A DNA stretch of 34,938 bases from a virus (IMGVR_UViG_3300033076_000095:1-34938); one strand, 5' to 3'. Positions 9,594 to 17,964 are shown, counted from the stretch's first letter. The notes: generated by a model from the letters alone, not told the origin. Numbers and translations: made by a program.

Positions 9594-11030
9594 ATGGCTG
9601 ATTACGGTTTCAACACAGATTTAGGCCCAAAAGCGCAACAAGGCATGAGCCTTGGCGACATGGTTCAATTGGCTCGTGGTGTTCAGGCTTACCAACAAGC
9701 GGAGCAACTTAATCCTCTTGCTTTGCAAAAAGCAAAAGAAGAAGTCACGCAAGCTCAAACTGGCACAAAAGAAAAACAATTAGGGTTCACTCAAAAACAG
9801 CAACAAATGATTTTTGATGAACTTGGGACTTTGAAAACTGATTCACGTTGGATAAATGCAGCCAAAGATAAAAAAGGTGCTATTGAAGCACTTATGGAAC
9901 GTGAAGATCGTTTGAAAAATCTTGGCATTGACCCTGCACTGCTTAGAAGTTCTGCGGCTCCAATGTATCAACTGATTGAACAGAAGCCACAGCTTGCCAC
10001 ACAAGTTGTTGACAACATCATCAACAAAGGTGGGAACGAAAAACAATTTTCTCAGCTTAATCAAGCTCCTCAGTTTGTCAATACTGGGGCTGGAATTGTT
10101 CCTGTATATACATCTCCATTCCAAGGTGGCGGCCCTGGCAAAACTCCAACTTTGGGGCAGTATTTGGCTCCAACTGTTGCAACTTCAGAAACTGGCGCTC
10201 CAATGATTATCGGTGGCGGAAAAGGTGCTGGCGTTGTAAATCAACAACCACAACAAGACGTTACAGAGCCAATTACTCCAATTGGTTCTCCAAATGTTGC
10301 TCCACAAACAAAACCAAATGCAGCGGCGGGTCTAAATCAATCTTTCAATGCAAAAGGTGGTTTGCAACGTGCGCCAGATGAGACTTATGATGCTTACAAA
10401 GCTCGTGTTGCACGTTTGTCTGCATTGCCAACAGCCGCAAACAATGCTTTGAACTTGGGTAATGTTGAGTCTATTCCCAATATGGAATTGACCAACAACA
10501 GAATTTTGAAGTTGATTGAAGATAAGAATGTAAACATTGGCCCTGTTGCAAATGCTATTGCAAACAAAACTGGCGGTGTTGGTTTGACTTCAGAACAGCA
10601 AGAGGTTATGAAGTATCTTGAACAGCGAATTCGTCAAGAGGGCGCTCGTTCCAACCAAGACCAAGCATCTCAAAGCAAGGCTTATGGTTCATTTGGAACA
10701 AATAAAGAAGCATTGCGAGACATCTTGTATAACGACAAGGCTTTGCTTGCTTCTCAGCGTTTGCTTTACAAAGGCATCAAAAACCATCAAGGCAATCCAA
10801 ATCAGCCTAACCTTGGCGCTATCAATGCTTTTGAAAATAGTTTTAATGACATTGCTCAAAACCCAGATGTGATGCACTTGATTGGTGTTGTTGGTAACAA
10901 ATCAATGGAAGATTTGTCTGCAACTGATCGTCAACATCTGAAAAAGTATTTCAAAGGCAAATCGCAAGAATACATTGACAGCATCTTTGAAGAAAAAGAC
11001 AAACTTGAAAAACTTGTTGGGGGTAAATGA
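9594..11030 (+). CDS. DNA ejection / internal virion protein
   Basis: 478 aa helical, Q-rich protein in the ejection-gene position; AAGGA RBS. Confidence 0.6.
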   Translation: MADYGFNTDLGPKAQQGMSLGDMVQLARGVQAYQQAEQLNPLALQKAKEEVTQAQTGTKEKQLGFTQKQQQMIFDELGTLKTDSRWINAAKDKKGAIEALMEREDRLKNLGIDPALLRSSAAPMYQLIEQKPQLATQVVDNIINKGGNEKQFSQLNQAPQFVNTGAGIVPVYTSPFQGGGPGKTPTLGQYLAPTVATSETGAPMIIGGGKGAGVVNQQPQQDVTEPITPIGSPNVAPQTKPNAAAGLNQSFNAKGGLQRAPDETYDAYKARVARLSALPTAANNALNLGNVESIPNMELTNNRILKLIEDKNVNIGPVANAIANKTGGVGLTSEQQEVMKYLEQRIRQEGARSNQDQASQSKAYGSFGTNKEALRDILYNDKALLASQRLLYKGIKNHQGNPNQPNLGAINAFENSFNDIAQNPDVMHLIGVVGNKSMEDLSATDRQHLKKYFKGKSQEYIDSIFEEKDKLEKLVGGK

Positions 11031-12649
11031 TGGGTGATAAAAAGCAAATCAATTCGTCTGATTTGTTTGGCATCGTCAATGAAGGCGCTCCCAAGCAAAG
11101 CACACAAGTTTCTTCAAAAAACTTTTCTCAAATTCTTGAAAACGCACCAGAGCAAGAAGGTTTGTCATGGTGGGATGTTCCAATCCAAGCGGTAACCAAC
11201 ATCCCTAAAAGTGGTTATGAGTTTGGAAAAGGGATTGCAAGCGCAGTTGCACATCCAATTGAAACTGGTCAAGGTGTTTTTGACATTGCTGCTGGCGCAT
11301 TGAGAAACATCACTCCAAAGCAAATTGCTGATTGGATTGACAAATACGACAAACACCCAGAAGCTGCTGAACGTGCAAGCAGTGTTGCTTCACAAGTTGG
11401 TAAGTTTTACAAAGAACGTTATGGCACAAGTGAAGGCTTTAAACAAGCCATTGCACAAGACCCGATTGGCGTTGCTTCTGACCTGTCAACAGTTCTATCA
11501 GGCGGTGCTGGCATTGCTGCAAAGGTTGGCGCTCCAGCTAAAGCCGTTGGAACAATCCAAAAAGCGGCAGAAGTTACAAATCCATTGTTGGTTGCTGGCA
11601 AAGGCGTTACTGCTGTTGGCAAACCTTTGCTTGGTATGACAACTGGTGTTGGTTCGGAAAACATCGCCAATGCTGCTAAAGCTGGTTTTGAAGGTGACAA
11701 AGAGTTTCAAGCTGCATTGCGTGGTGAAGCTCCAATGACTCAACCTCTTGACAATGCACGACACAATTTAAGCGTAATGCGTCAAAAGCGTGGTAATGCT
11801 TACCGTTCTGGAATGGTTGACATTTCAAACGATAAATCTGTTTTGGATTTCAAAGACATTGACCAAGCTATTGCTAAAGCAAAAGCTGAAAATCGTCATG
11901 GCACAAAGGTCAAAGATGACATTGCTGAACAGCATCTTTTGGAATTGGAAAATGAAGTAAAAGATTGGCAACTTGCTGATCCTGCTGTTTACCATACCCC
12001 TGAAGGTCTTGATGCTTTAAAACAGAGAATCGGCGCAATTGTTGATCGTATTCCACCAAATGAGGCAAATGCAAACAGAATTGGTGGAAACATTTATAAC
12101 TCTGTAAAAGGCACAATAGCACAACAAGCTCCTAAGTATTCAGAAGTTATGGCAGATTATGCAGATGCTTCTGAAAGCATCCGTGAGATTGAAAAAGCAT
12201 TGTCTTTGGGGAATCGTGCTTCTGCTGATACTGCATTGCGTAAATTGCAAAGTCTCACACGAAACAACGTAAACACCAATTATGGCAATAGATTGAACCT
12301 TGCACAACAGCTTGAAATGGAAGGTGGTAAACCTTTTATTAGCGCATTGTCTGGTCAAGCATTGAGTTCTCCAACTGCTCGTGGTCTTGCAGGAAACGTG
12401 GAAAACTTGTCTGCCTTGGGTGGCGTTTTCTATGATCCAACAATGTTGGCGGCTTTGCCATTGCAAACTCCACGGCTTGTTGGAGAAGGCTTGTATTATG
12501 GTGGTCGAGCCGCTAGAGGTGTATCAGAGGCAGCTAAAGGTTTGGGATTGAATCCTCAACGTGCAAACACTTTGGCTGATATTCTTTACGCTAATGAACA
12601 ACAAGAACCATATCGTGTTGAATTGCGTGGTATGGCTAACAAGGACTAA
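11027..12649 (+). CDS. DNA ejection / internal virion protein (gp16 position)
   Basis: 540 aa, Ala/Gly-rich helical, TPRLVGE near the C-terminus; third gene of the ejection cluster. Confidence 0.6.
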   Translation: MMGDKKQINSSDLFGIVNEGAPKQSTQVSSKNFSQILENAPEQEGLSWWDVPIQAVTNIPKSGYEFGKGIASAVAHPIETGQGVFDIAAGALRNITPKQIADWIDKYDKHPEAAERASSVASQVGKFYKERYGTSEGFKQAIAQDPIGVASDLSTVLSGGAGIAAKVGAPAKAVGTIQKAAEVTNPLLVAGKGVTAVGKPLLGMTTGVGSENIANAAKAGFEGDKEFQAALRGEAPMTQPLDNARHNLSVMRQKRGNAYRSGMVDISNDKSVLDFKDIDQAIAKAKAENRHGTKVKDDIAEQHLLELENEVKDWQLADPAVYHTPEGLDALKQRIGAIVDRIPPNEANANRIGGNIYNSVKGTIAQQAPKYSEVMADYADASESIREIEKALSLGNRASADTALRKLQSLTRNNVNTNYGNRLNLAQQLEMEGGKPFISALSGQALSSPTARGLAGNVENLSALGGVFYDPTMLAALPLQTPRLVGEGLYYGGRAARGVSEAAKGLGLNPQRANTLADILYANEQQEPYRVELRGMANKD

Positions 12650-12651
12650 AA

Positions 12652-13194
12652 ATGGCAGTCAATCTTTCCCCAATTGGTAACGGATTCCAGTTTTTCACAA
12701 CAACTGGTATCCCTTTGGCTGGTGGTTACATCTACACCTATGTTGCTGGTTCTACCACTCCTCAAGCAACTTACACAGATTCGGCTGGCACTGTTGCCAA
12801 CACAAACCCGATTCAGTTGGGTTCTGATGGTCGCCCACAGCAAGAAATCTGGTTGACTTCTGGTGTTAACTACAAGTTTGTTTTGACTGATTCCAATGGC
12901 ATCACGATTCAGACTTACGACAATCTTTATGGGATTTTGGGTTCTGCTCCAAGCGTTAACCCAATTCCTTCTGGTGGCATCATCATGTGGAGTGGTTCAA
13001 TTGGCTCGATTCCTGCTGGATACTATTTGTGCGATGGCAACAACGGTACGCCTGATTTGCGTGATCGGTTTGTTGTCGGTTCTGGCACTTCTTATGCTGT
13101 TGGCAACACTGGTGGGTTCACTAGCTCAGTTACTTCTAGCATCGGGACTAATCTCCCGCTTTACTACTCATTGGCGTTCATTCAGAAGTCGTAA
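12652..13194 (+). CDS. Tail adaptor/fibre protein with virion-anchoring N-domain and tail-collar domain
   Basis: QFF..GIPLAGGYIYTY.AGSTTPQATYTD...NTNPIQL..GR anchor motif, then IPSGGIIMWSG...GYYLCDG.NGTPDLRDRFVVG collar motif. Confidence 0.75.
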   Translation: MAVNLSPIGNGFQFFTTTGIPLAGGYIYTYVAGSTTPQATYTDSAGTVANTNPIQLGSDGRPQQEIWLTSGVNYKFVLTDSNGITIQTYDNLYGILGSAPSVNPIPSGGIIMWSGSIGSIPAGYYLCDGNNGTPDLRDRFVVGSGTSYAVGNTGGFTSSVTSSIGTNLPLYYSLAFIQKS

Positions 13195-13196
13195 TC

Positions 13197-13430
13197 ATGC
13201 AAGAGCTACAAAGAGACATTGGCAAGCATGATGCTCAGATTGAGGCGCTTGACAAGGATTTAAGAGAAATGCGTGAAGATATGCGTCGAATCTTTGAAAA
13301 GCTGGATTCAATCAATCAAACATTATCTGAAGCCAAAGGCGGTTGGAAAACCTTAATGTGGGTTGCTGGACTGTCTGCGGCTGCTGGTGGTTTGGCGTTC
13401 AAACTAGTGTCAATTATCTCTGGGAGATAA
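13197..13430 (+). CDS. Small membrane protein (coiled coil plus C-terminal TM), holin/antiholin-like
   Basis: 77 aa; coiled coil then GGWKTLMWVAGLSAAAGGLAF; start of the lysis cassette. Confidence 0.6.
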   Translation: MQELQRDIGKHDAQIEALDKDLREMREDMRRIFEKLDSINQTLSEAKGGWKTLMWVAGLSAAAGGLAFKLVSIISGR

Positions 13431-13433
13431 ACC

Positions 13434-14207
13434 ATTGACCCGATCAGCTTACTCCTCATGGCTCAATCTGCTGTGGCAGCAATCCGTACTGGGTGCAATA
13501 TGCTGGCAGAGGGCAAAGCCGAAATTGACAAGTTCAAAAAGACTGTTGAAAAAGGCGTAGGCGATGCCAAAGCAATCTATTCCGAGGTTGTTGGAATCTG
13601 GGGATGGATTCAAAGCCTGTTTGGTCAAAAACCAAAAGCAAAGCCAGTGGCCTTGCCTGTTGTTGACGCAAAGGTTGAGCCAAAGCCAGAAAAAAGAAGA
13701 AAAGAGCCAGAAAAAGAGCTGACTTATGAGGAATTCCAAGCTCGACAAGTCCATGAGATTTGTGAGCATCTGAAGGTTTATTTTGAGGTTATCAGAGAGC
13801 TAAAAGCGCATTGTCGGGAACTTGAAGAACAATCTTTGACAACAGAGAGAGTTGCGGACAGTGCGATTGATCGGATTGAGCTTGAGTGGCAAATGAAACA
13901 GTTGGCTACTCAGGTGAAAGAAGCAATGATTTACACGCCAGAGAGGTTGGGGCTTCAAGCGTTGTATTCTCGGTTTCTGGAGATGTATGACCAAATCCTT
14001 GAAGAACAGGAGTTCGCAAGGGCTGTTCAAGCAAAGAAAGAACGAGATAAGAAATGGCAACGAGAACTCCTACGCAATCACAGAATCGACAGGGGAATGG
14101 CGGCGTTTTGGGTCGCAGTGGTGATCCTATGGATGTGGGGGCTGTTTCTGTCGTTAGGATGGCTCGTGAAGATACCCGCTGGTTCATTGCGGGGGTTGTT
14201 GTTCTGA
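13434..14207 (+). CDS. Coiled-coil membrane protein of the lysis region; probable ATT start (MDPISLLLMAQ...)
   Basis: GGAG RBS then in-frame ATT GAC CCG ATC AGC; the ATG at 13458 has no RBS; C-terminal TM helix. Confidence 0.65.
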   Translation: MDPISLLLMAQSAVAAIRTGCNMLAEGKAEIDKFKKTVEKGVGDAKAIYSEVVGIWGWIQSLFGQKPKAKPVALPVVDAKVEPKPEKRRKEPEKELTYEEFQARQVHEICEHLKVYFEVIRELKAHCRELEEQSLTTERVADSAIDRIELEWQMKQLATQVKEAMIYTPERLGLQALYSRFLEMYDQILEEQEFARAVQAKKERDKKWQRELLRNHRIDRGMAAFWVAVVILWMWGLFLSLGWLVKIPAGSLRGLLF

Positions 14208-14356
14208 GCGTGGTGTTGTTTTTTGCTTTGCCAATGTCGCTTTTGATCTATGTGGATGCTGCTCGGCTTCAAGCTGAAGTGCGCTACGAGATTAAGCAAA
14301 TGAAAAAATTGAAACAAGAAATTAAAGAAAAATCTGAAACTAAAAAGGAAGAATGA
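14054..14356 (+). CDS. Membrane protein (TM plus charged coiled coil) overlapping the previous gene
   Basis: WFIAGVVVLSVVLFFALPMSLLIYV TM; coupled to the next gene by ATGA; true start uncertain. Confidence 0.6.
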   Translation: MATRTPTQSQNRQGNGGVLGRSGDPMDVGAVSVVRMAREDTRWFIAGVVVLSVVLFFALPMSLLIYVDAARLQAEVRYEIKQMKKLKQEIKEKSETKKEE

Positions 14357-14856
14357 TGCTTTCACTATTTTCAACACTTGGCGGTTTGTTAATTTCGATG
14401 TTCCCAAAGATCATTGATTTGTTTCAGAACAAGGCAGACCAAAAGCATGAGCTTGAGCTTGCTCGGCTTCAAACTGAACGTGAACTTCAAATGGCTGCGG
14501 CTGGCTATGCTGCTCAAGCTAAAGTAGAGGAAATCCGTTCTGATGAGATTTCCATGCAGACAGAAGCCGCCATGACTCAGGCTGCCTACGCCCATGACGC
14601 AAAGGTTCTGGAAAAGGCTGCAAGTTGGGTTTCAACTTATGTTGGTACTGTGCGTCCAACGATTACATATTTGTTCGTTCTGGAGCTTGTATTCATCAAT
14701 GCTGGCCTTGGCTATTATGTTTGGTGTCATCCAGACATGATTAAGAGCGTTGATGACCTTATTCGCATTGGCAACGAGATTTTCAGTGATGACGAAATGG
14801 CAATGCTTGGCGGCATCATTGGCTTCTGGTTCGGCACTCGTAGTAGCAAGAAATGA
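14353..14856 (+). CDS. Holin (3-TM, GTA-holin-like)
   Basis: DQKHELELARLQ, VRPTITY, IIGFWFGTR motifs; immediately upstream of the endolysin. Confidence 0.7.
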   Translation: MMLSLFSTLGGLLISMFPKIIDLFQNKADQKHELELARLQTERELQMAAAGYAAQAKVEEIRSDEISMQTEAAMTQAAYAHDAKVLEKAASWVSTYVGTVRPTITYLFVLELVFINAGLGYYVWCHPDMIKSVDDLIRIGNEIFSDDEMAMLGGIIGFWFGTRSSKK

Positions 14857-15371
14857 GAACCAGTGAAAAGGGCATTGCCCTGATGCACGAGTTTGAAGGG
14901 TACAGAAATAAGCCCTACTTATGCTCCGCTTCGATGTGGACAGTAGGTTGGGGCCATGTTTTGTACCAAGATCAAATCAAGCTGCCGCCTTTGCCAAAAG
15001 AAGGCTACACAGGCCCACTTCGCAAAGACTATCCTTTAAAGCCAGAGGACAACAGGACATGGAGCAAAGATGAATTGGTTACGATTTTTAAGAATGACCT
15101 CGTATCTTTTGAACGTGGTGTTCTTAGACTTGCTCCCAATCTTGCTGGTCGTCAAGGTGCTTTCGACGCTTGCGTTGCATTTTCCTTCAATGCAGGATTG
15201 GGGAATTTTCAGCGGTCTACTATTCGGATGAAGATTAACCGTGAGGAATGGGATGATGCTGCGGAAGCATTTAAGCAATGGACAAAAGGCGGTGGCAAAG
15301 TTTTGCCTGGCCTTGTTCGTCGTCGCAATGCAGAAATAGCATTGTTCAAAACTTCTTTTGAAGAAGATTAG
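14853..15371 (+). CDS. Endolysin, GH24 lysozyme
   Basis: E-x8-C-x5-T catalytic motif (EGYRNKPYLCSASMWTVGWGH), FNAGLGNF, LPGLVRRRNAE. Confidence 0.93.
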   Translation: MRTSEKGIALMHEFEGYRNKPYLCSASMWTVGWGHVLYQDQIKLPPLPKEGYTGPLRKDYPLKPEDNRTWSKDELVTIFKNDLVSFERGVLRLAPNLAGRQGAFDACVAFSFNAGLGNFQRSTIRMKINREEWDDAAEAFKQWTKGGGKVLPGLVRRRNAEIALFKTSFEED

Positions 15372-15481
15372 TCCTTACTGGCTAACAAAGCCGCAACAAA
15401 CAAGAACACGGACAGCCAAAGAACTGCGCCAAGAAACAAAATGGCGCAGATCATGGAAACATTGGTAATTGCTTCAGTCAT
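15368..15481 (-). CDS. Single-TM micropeptide (37 aa, MTEAITNVSMICAILFLGAVLWLSVFLFVAALLASKD)
   Basis: Read manually; GAGG RBS; overlaps the upstream gene's stop; last gene of the leftward arm. Confidence 0.6.
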   Translation of the reverse strand: MTEAITNVSMICAILFLGAVLWLSVFLFVAALLASKD

Positions 15482-15668
15482 TTAAACCTCGAATAAGGCT
15501 GGCTGCTTCGTGTTGCTTCTTGGAGTCAAGGTAAGCTGCAAAACGCTCTTGTGCGTCTAATTCAACGCCTTTTACAAGGTCTTTTAGCTTCTTCATTGGC
15601 ACAGCAGCCCATTCCACATGAGTTCCGTAAATTCTGCCAGCCAGCTTCAAAATATCATCGTGTTTCAT
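15474..15668 (-). CDS. Hypothetical protein
   Basis: 64-aa ORF overlapping both neighbours in the leftward operon. Confidence 0.6.
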   Translation of the reverse strand: MKHDDILKLAGRIYGTHVEWAAVPMKKLKDLVKGVELDAQERFAAYLDSKKQHEAASLIRGLND

Positions 15669-15942
15669 TTTTTTCTAGTTCTTTTGCAACCAGCGTTGCG
15701 TATCCTGCGATGTCATGCCAATGGTCATGTGTGTTCGGATTCCCATTAAGAATACGAGCAATTTTGTGGCAAATCATTTCCAATGATTCACGTTGTTCTG
15801 GCGTGAACTTATCGTAACCATAAACAACGAGAATTTGTTTTAATTGCTGACTTATTGCGGCATGGCTTGAAAAATCACCATGTGTTTTTGCTCTATCGGC
15901 AAGTGTTTGTTCAAGATTGTTTGACAAAGATGCCTTGCTCAT
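15655..15942 (-). CDS. DUF6378-like phage protein
   Basis: LADRAKTHGDF...KIARILNG.P...DHWHDIAGYATLV motif. Confidence 0.7.
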   Translation of the reverse strand: MSKASLSNNLEQTLADRAKTHGDFSSHAAISQQLKQILVVYGYDKFTPEQRESLEMICHKIARILNGNPNTHDHWHDIAGYATLVAKELEKNETR

Positions 15943-16216
15943 TCATGTAGCCTTTTCGGTCTTTGATCTGTTGATAGGCGGCGGCAAGGCAGTCTGTCAG
16001 ATTTACATCCAGCAAAGCGCAAACGTTAATCAAACAAACCACAGTGTCACCAACAGCGTCAATGGCATCCTCACGCTTGTTATCACGTAAAGCATCAACA
16101 AGTTCGTTGATTTCCTCGACTGCCTTCATTGCTTGGGCAAATGGTGTGCTGTTTGGGATTATTCGACGAGCTTCTGACCAACGGAGAACATCTAGCTCAT
16201 GGTTTGCGAATGACAT
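15911..16216 (-). CDS. MazG-like NTP pyrophosphohydrolase
   Basis: KAVEEINEL...DAIDAVGD...AYQQIKDRKG, all-alpha NTP-PPase motif. Confidence 0.85.
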   Translation of the reverse strand: MSFANHELDVLRWSEARRIIPNSTPFAQAMKAVEEINELVDALRDNKREDAIDAVGDTVVCLINVCALLDVNLTDCLAAAYQQIKDRKGYMNEQGIFVKQS

Positions 16217-16469
16217 TTTTACCTTTCAAGTTTAAATGGACTTGTTTTCTTACTGATCTGCGTGTTTCAAACGATTCAAGCTGTTTTTCAGCTTTCCTCA
16301 TGCCAAAAATTTGGTCTAAGTTTAGTTCAGGATAGTCCTTTTTTTTTGTCTTTTTCTTCTGAACTGGGTGCATAAACTCACCATCTTTAATGATGTAGTC
16401 TGTGAACTCAATGTCTTTTGGAAACACTTTGGGCCATGCGTAGCCTTCAACAAGTACTGTTTTAATCAT
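16197..16469 (-). CDS. Hypothetical basic protein
   Basis: 90-aa ORF with GAGG RBS, packed in operon. Confidence 0.6.
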   Translation of the reverse strand: MIKTVLVEGYAWPKVFPKDIEFTDYIIKDGEFMHPVQKKKTKKKDYPELNLDQIFGMRKAEKQLESFETRRSVRKQVHLNLKGKNVIRKP

Positions 16470-16659
16470 ACGACCTCAATTTGATGGATAGCGCAACGCC
16501 ATATACAAGACCAGTGCAAGTCATAAAGCCTCGCATTTCAAATGACCAAACTTCTGGATTCCATGACACGCTCATAAAACTGCCAAGCAGATAAGCGCAA
16601 AACAAACATACGGCAAACGGGTTGATTGCCAAAAAAATGGCGCAAAGATAGTGTTTCAT
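16462..16659 (-). CDS. Small two-TM membrane protein
   Basis: MKHYLCAIFL...; start at 16659 coupled (ATGA) to the upstream micro-ORF. Confidence 0.6.
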   Translation of the reverse strand: MKHYLCAIFLAINPFAVCLFCAYLLGSFMSVSWNPEVWSFEMRGFMTCTGLVYGVALSIKLRSYD

Positions 16660-16736
16660 TCCCAAAACATCCAATCAAAAATTATTGCTGCAACGCAAAA
16701 ACAGAAGATGATTAGCCAATCGTGAGCTGTAATCAT
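16656..16736 (-). CDS. Single-TM micropeptide (26 aa, MITAHDWLIIFCFCVAAIIFDWMFWE)
   Basis: Read manually; ATGA overlaps at both ends; GAGGTG RBS. Confidence 0.6.
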   Translation of the reverse strand: MITAHDWLIIFCFCVAAIIFDWMFWE

Positions 16737-16975
16737 GTTTCACCTCTTGCTTTGATTAAGTCGGCAAGATGTTTTAAAAGCGATTCATCTTCTGGCGTTA
16801 AGTCATCACGACCTGCGTATTCAAAAATAATGTTCCAAATCGCCTCACGCTCTTTAGCTGCTACCAGTTTGGCAAAGGTTTCAAGCAACCCAATATCTAA
16901 TTGAGGAAAAAATCCAAAAAACGGTTTCCCTTTTGCAGCCTGTCTAGCCATCTCAATGATTTCATCTTGTGTCAT
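16733..16975 (-). CDS. Hypothetical protein (MTQDEIIEMARQA family)
   Basis: 80 aa; similar to 23290-23490. Confidence 0.7.
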   Translation of the reverse strand: MTQDEIIEMARQAAKGKPFFGFFPQLDIGLLETFAKLVAAKEREAIWNIIFEYAGRDDLTPEDESLLKHLADLIKARGET

Positions 16976-17235
16976 TTGAGTCCCCTAACCTCAAAAAATC
17001 CTTGATACTGTGGATGTACTTTCATAAACAACCTAGCCAAATGTGGTGTGGCGTGATCGTTAATCTTCCACAAGTCTCCATTTTCTGAAATGGCTGTATG
17101 GTGGCGCATAAACTCAACAATTGTCCTTGCTGAATAATGCTTGAATCCCTTTTGTGAGACAAGCAACGCTTGTTTTTCAAACGCTTCCCAAATGTGATGG
17201 TTGTCCTCTAACCAATCAAAAAAATCAAATTTCAT
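16972..17235 (-). CDS. Conserved phage protein, possibly DNA-binding
   Basis: MKFDFFDW...HYSARTIVEFMRHHT...KINDH...LARLF; GAGGAG RBS before ATG at 17235. Confidence 0.7.
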   Translation of the reverse strand: MKFDFFDWLEDNHHIWEAFEKQALLVSQKGFKHYSARTIVEFMRHHTAISENGDLWKINDHATPHLARLFMKVHPQYQGFFEVRGLK

Positions 17236-17262
17236 CTCAATACTCCTCAAAACGTCTAAAGG

Positions 17263-17339
17263 TAGGTACTCGCTGCGTCTGTTTGCAATACAGTTGGTCA
17301 CTCTACCTAACTGTCGCACCACAGCATCCGCTTTCCCTA
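17263..17339 (-). ncRNA. Structured hairpin RNA with loop-E-like motif
   Basis: TAGG-GAAA-GCGGATGCTG...CAGACGCAGC-GAGTA-CCTA arms enclosing an ACAGTT/AACTGT and GGT/ACC stem; intergenic. Confidence 0.55.
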
Positions 17340-17345
17340 TTTCAA

Positions 17346-17561
17346 TTATGCAACTACTTTGCGTGGTCTGCCACGTTTGCCTTTAACTTTTACAGGGTGT
17401 TTGCGTGGGCGACCGACTTTGCGTGGCTCTGGCAAGATTTCCTTGATTGCTCGATCGGTTAGCGAATTAAGAAACTCGTTAAGCTGGCGCAAGTTAGGTG
17501 CATCGGCGGCAGTCAAGGTAACTGTTACGCCATTGTGGGTTACAGATAGTTCAAACTGCAT
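17346..17561 (-). CDS. Small protein with two AT-hook motifs
   Basis: VGRPRK and RGRPRK at the C-terminus; ATG directly after the upstream stop. Confidence 0.7.
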   Translation of the reverse strand: MQFELSVTHNGVTVTLTAADAPNLRQLNEFLNSLTDRAIKEILPEPRKVGRPRKHPVKVKGKRGRPRKVVA

Positions 17562-17562
17562 C

Positions 17563-17691
17563 TTAGACCCCACAGCCGCAAAGCATCTTGCCACCATAGC
17601 CAGGCACACAGCGGTAAGGTTGGAATTGTGGACATGATGCGCTTGCGTATGTAGCGACCAACAACAAACAGATTGCAATTACTTTTTTCAT
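17563..17691 (-). CDS. Secreted Cys-rich micropeptide (42 aa)
   Basis: MKKVIAICLLLVATYASA|SCPQFQPYRCVPGYGGKMLCGCGV; GGAG RBS 6 nt upstream; fills the intergenic gap exactly. Confidence 0.75.
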   Translation of the reverse strand: MKKVIAICLLLVATYASASCPQFQPYRCVPGYGGKMLCGCGV

Positions 17692-17703
17692 GTGGTTCTC
17701 CAG

Positions 17704-17964
17704 TTAAAAGGGTATACGGTCATCTTTTTGGTTAAATTCGTCACGCTATTGTTTTGGCGCAACATCTTCACGAGGTTTTGGCGTATTAAGGTACGCCCAC
17801 CCACTCCAGCCGCCTTCCATTACTGGAACAGCGTCTAGCTTTAGCATTGGGCCATTCTTGGTTTCAATGACAGAGCCAATGCGTTCATAACGGCCTTTTT
17901 CGTTGCCATCTTTGTCCGTGTAGGAGCCAGATCGGACTTTCACTTCGTACATCAATTTAGACAT
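17704..17964 (-). CDS. SSB-like protein with internal TAG (17746-17748); read-through gives a C-terminal DDRIPF tail
   Basis: GSYTDKDGNEKGRYERIG beta-rich body; lies after exonuclease and ERF; frame continues RDEFNQKDDRIPF* after the amber. Confidence 0.65.

Noticed and set aside
15369-15371. Genome-wide TAG reassignment
   Set aside because: TAG ends the endolysin and other genes at sensible positions, long genes are not broken by TAG, and there is no suppressor tRNA
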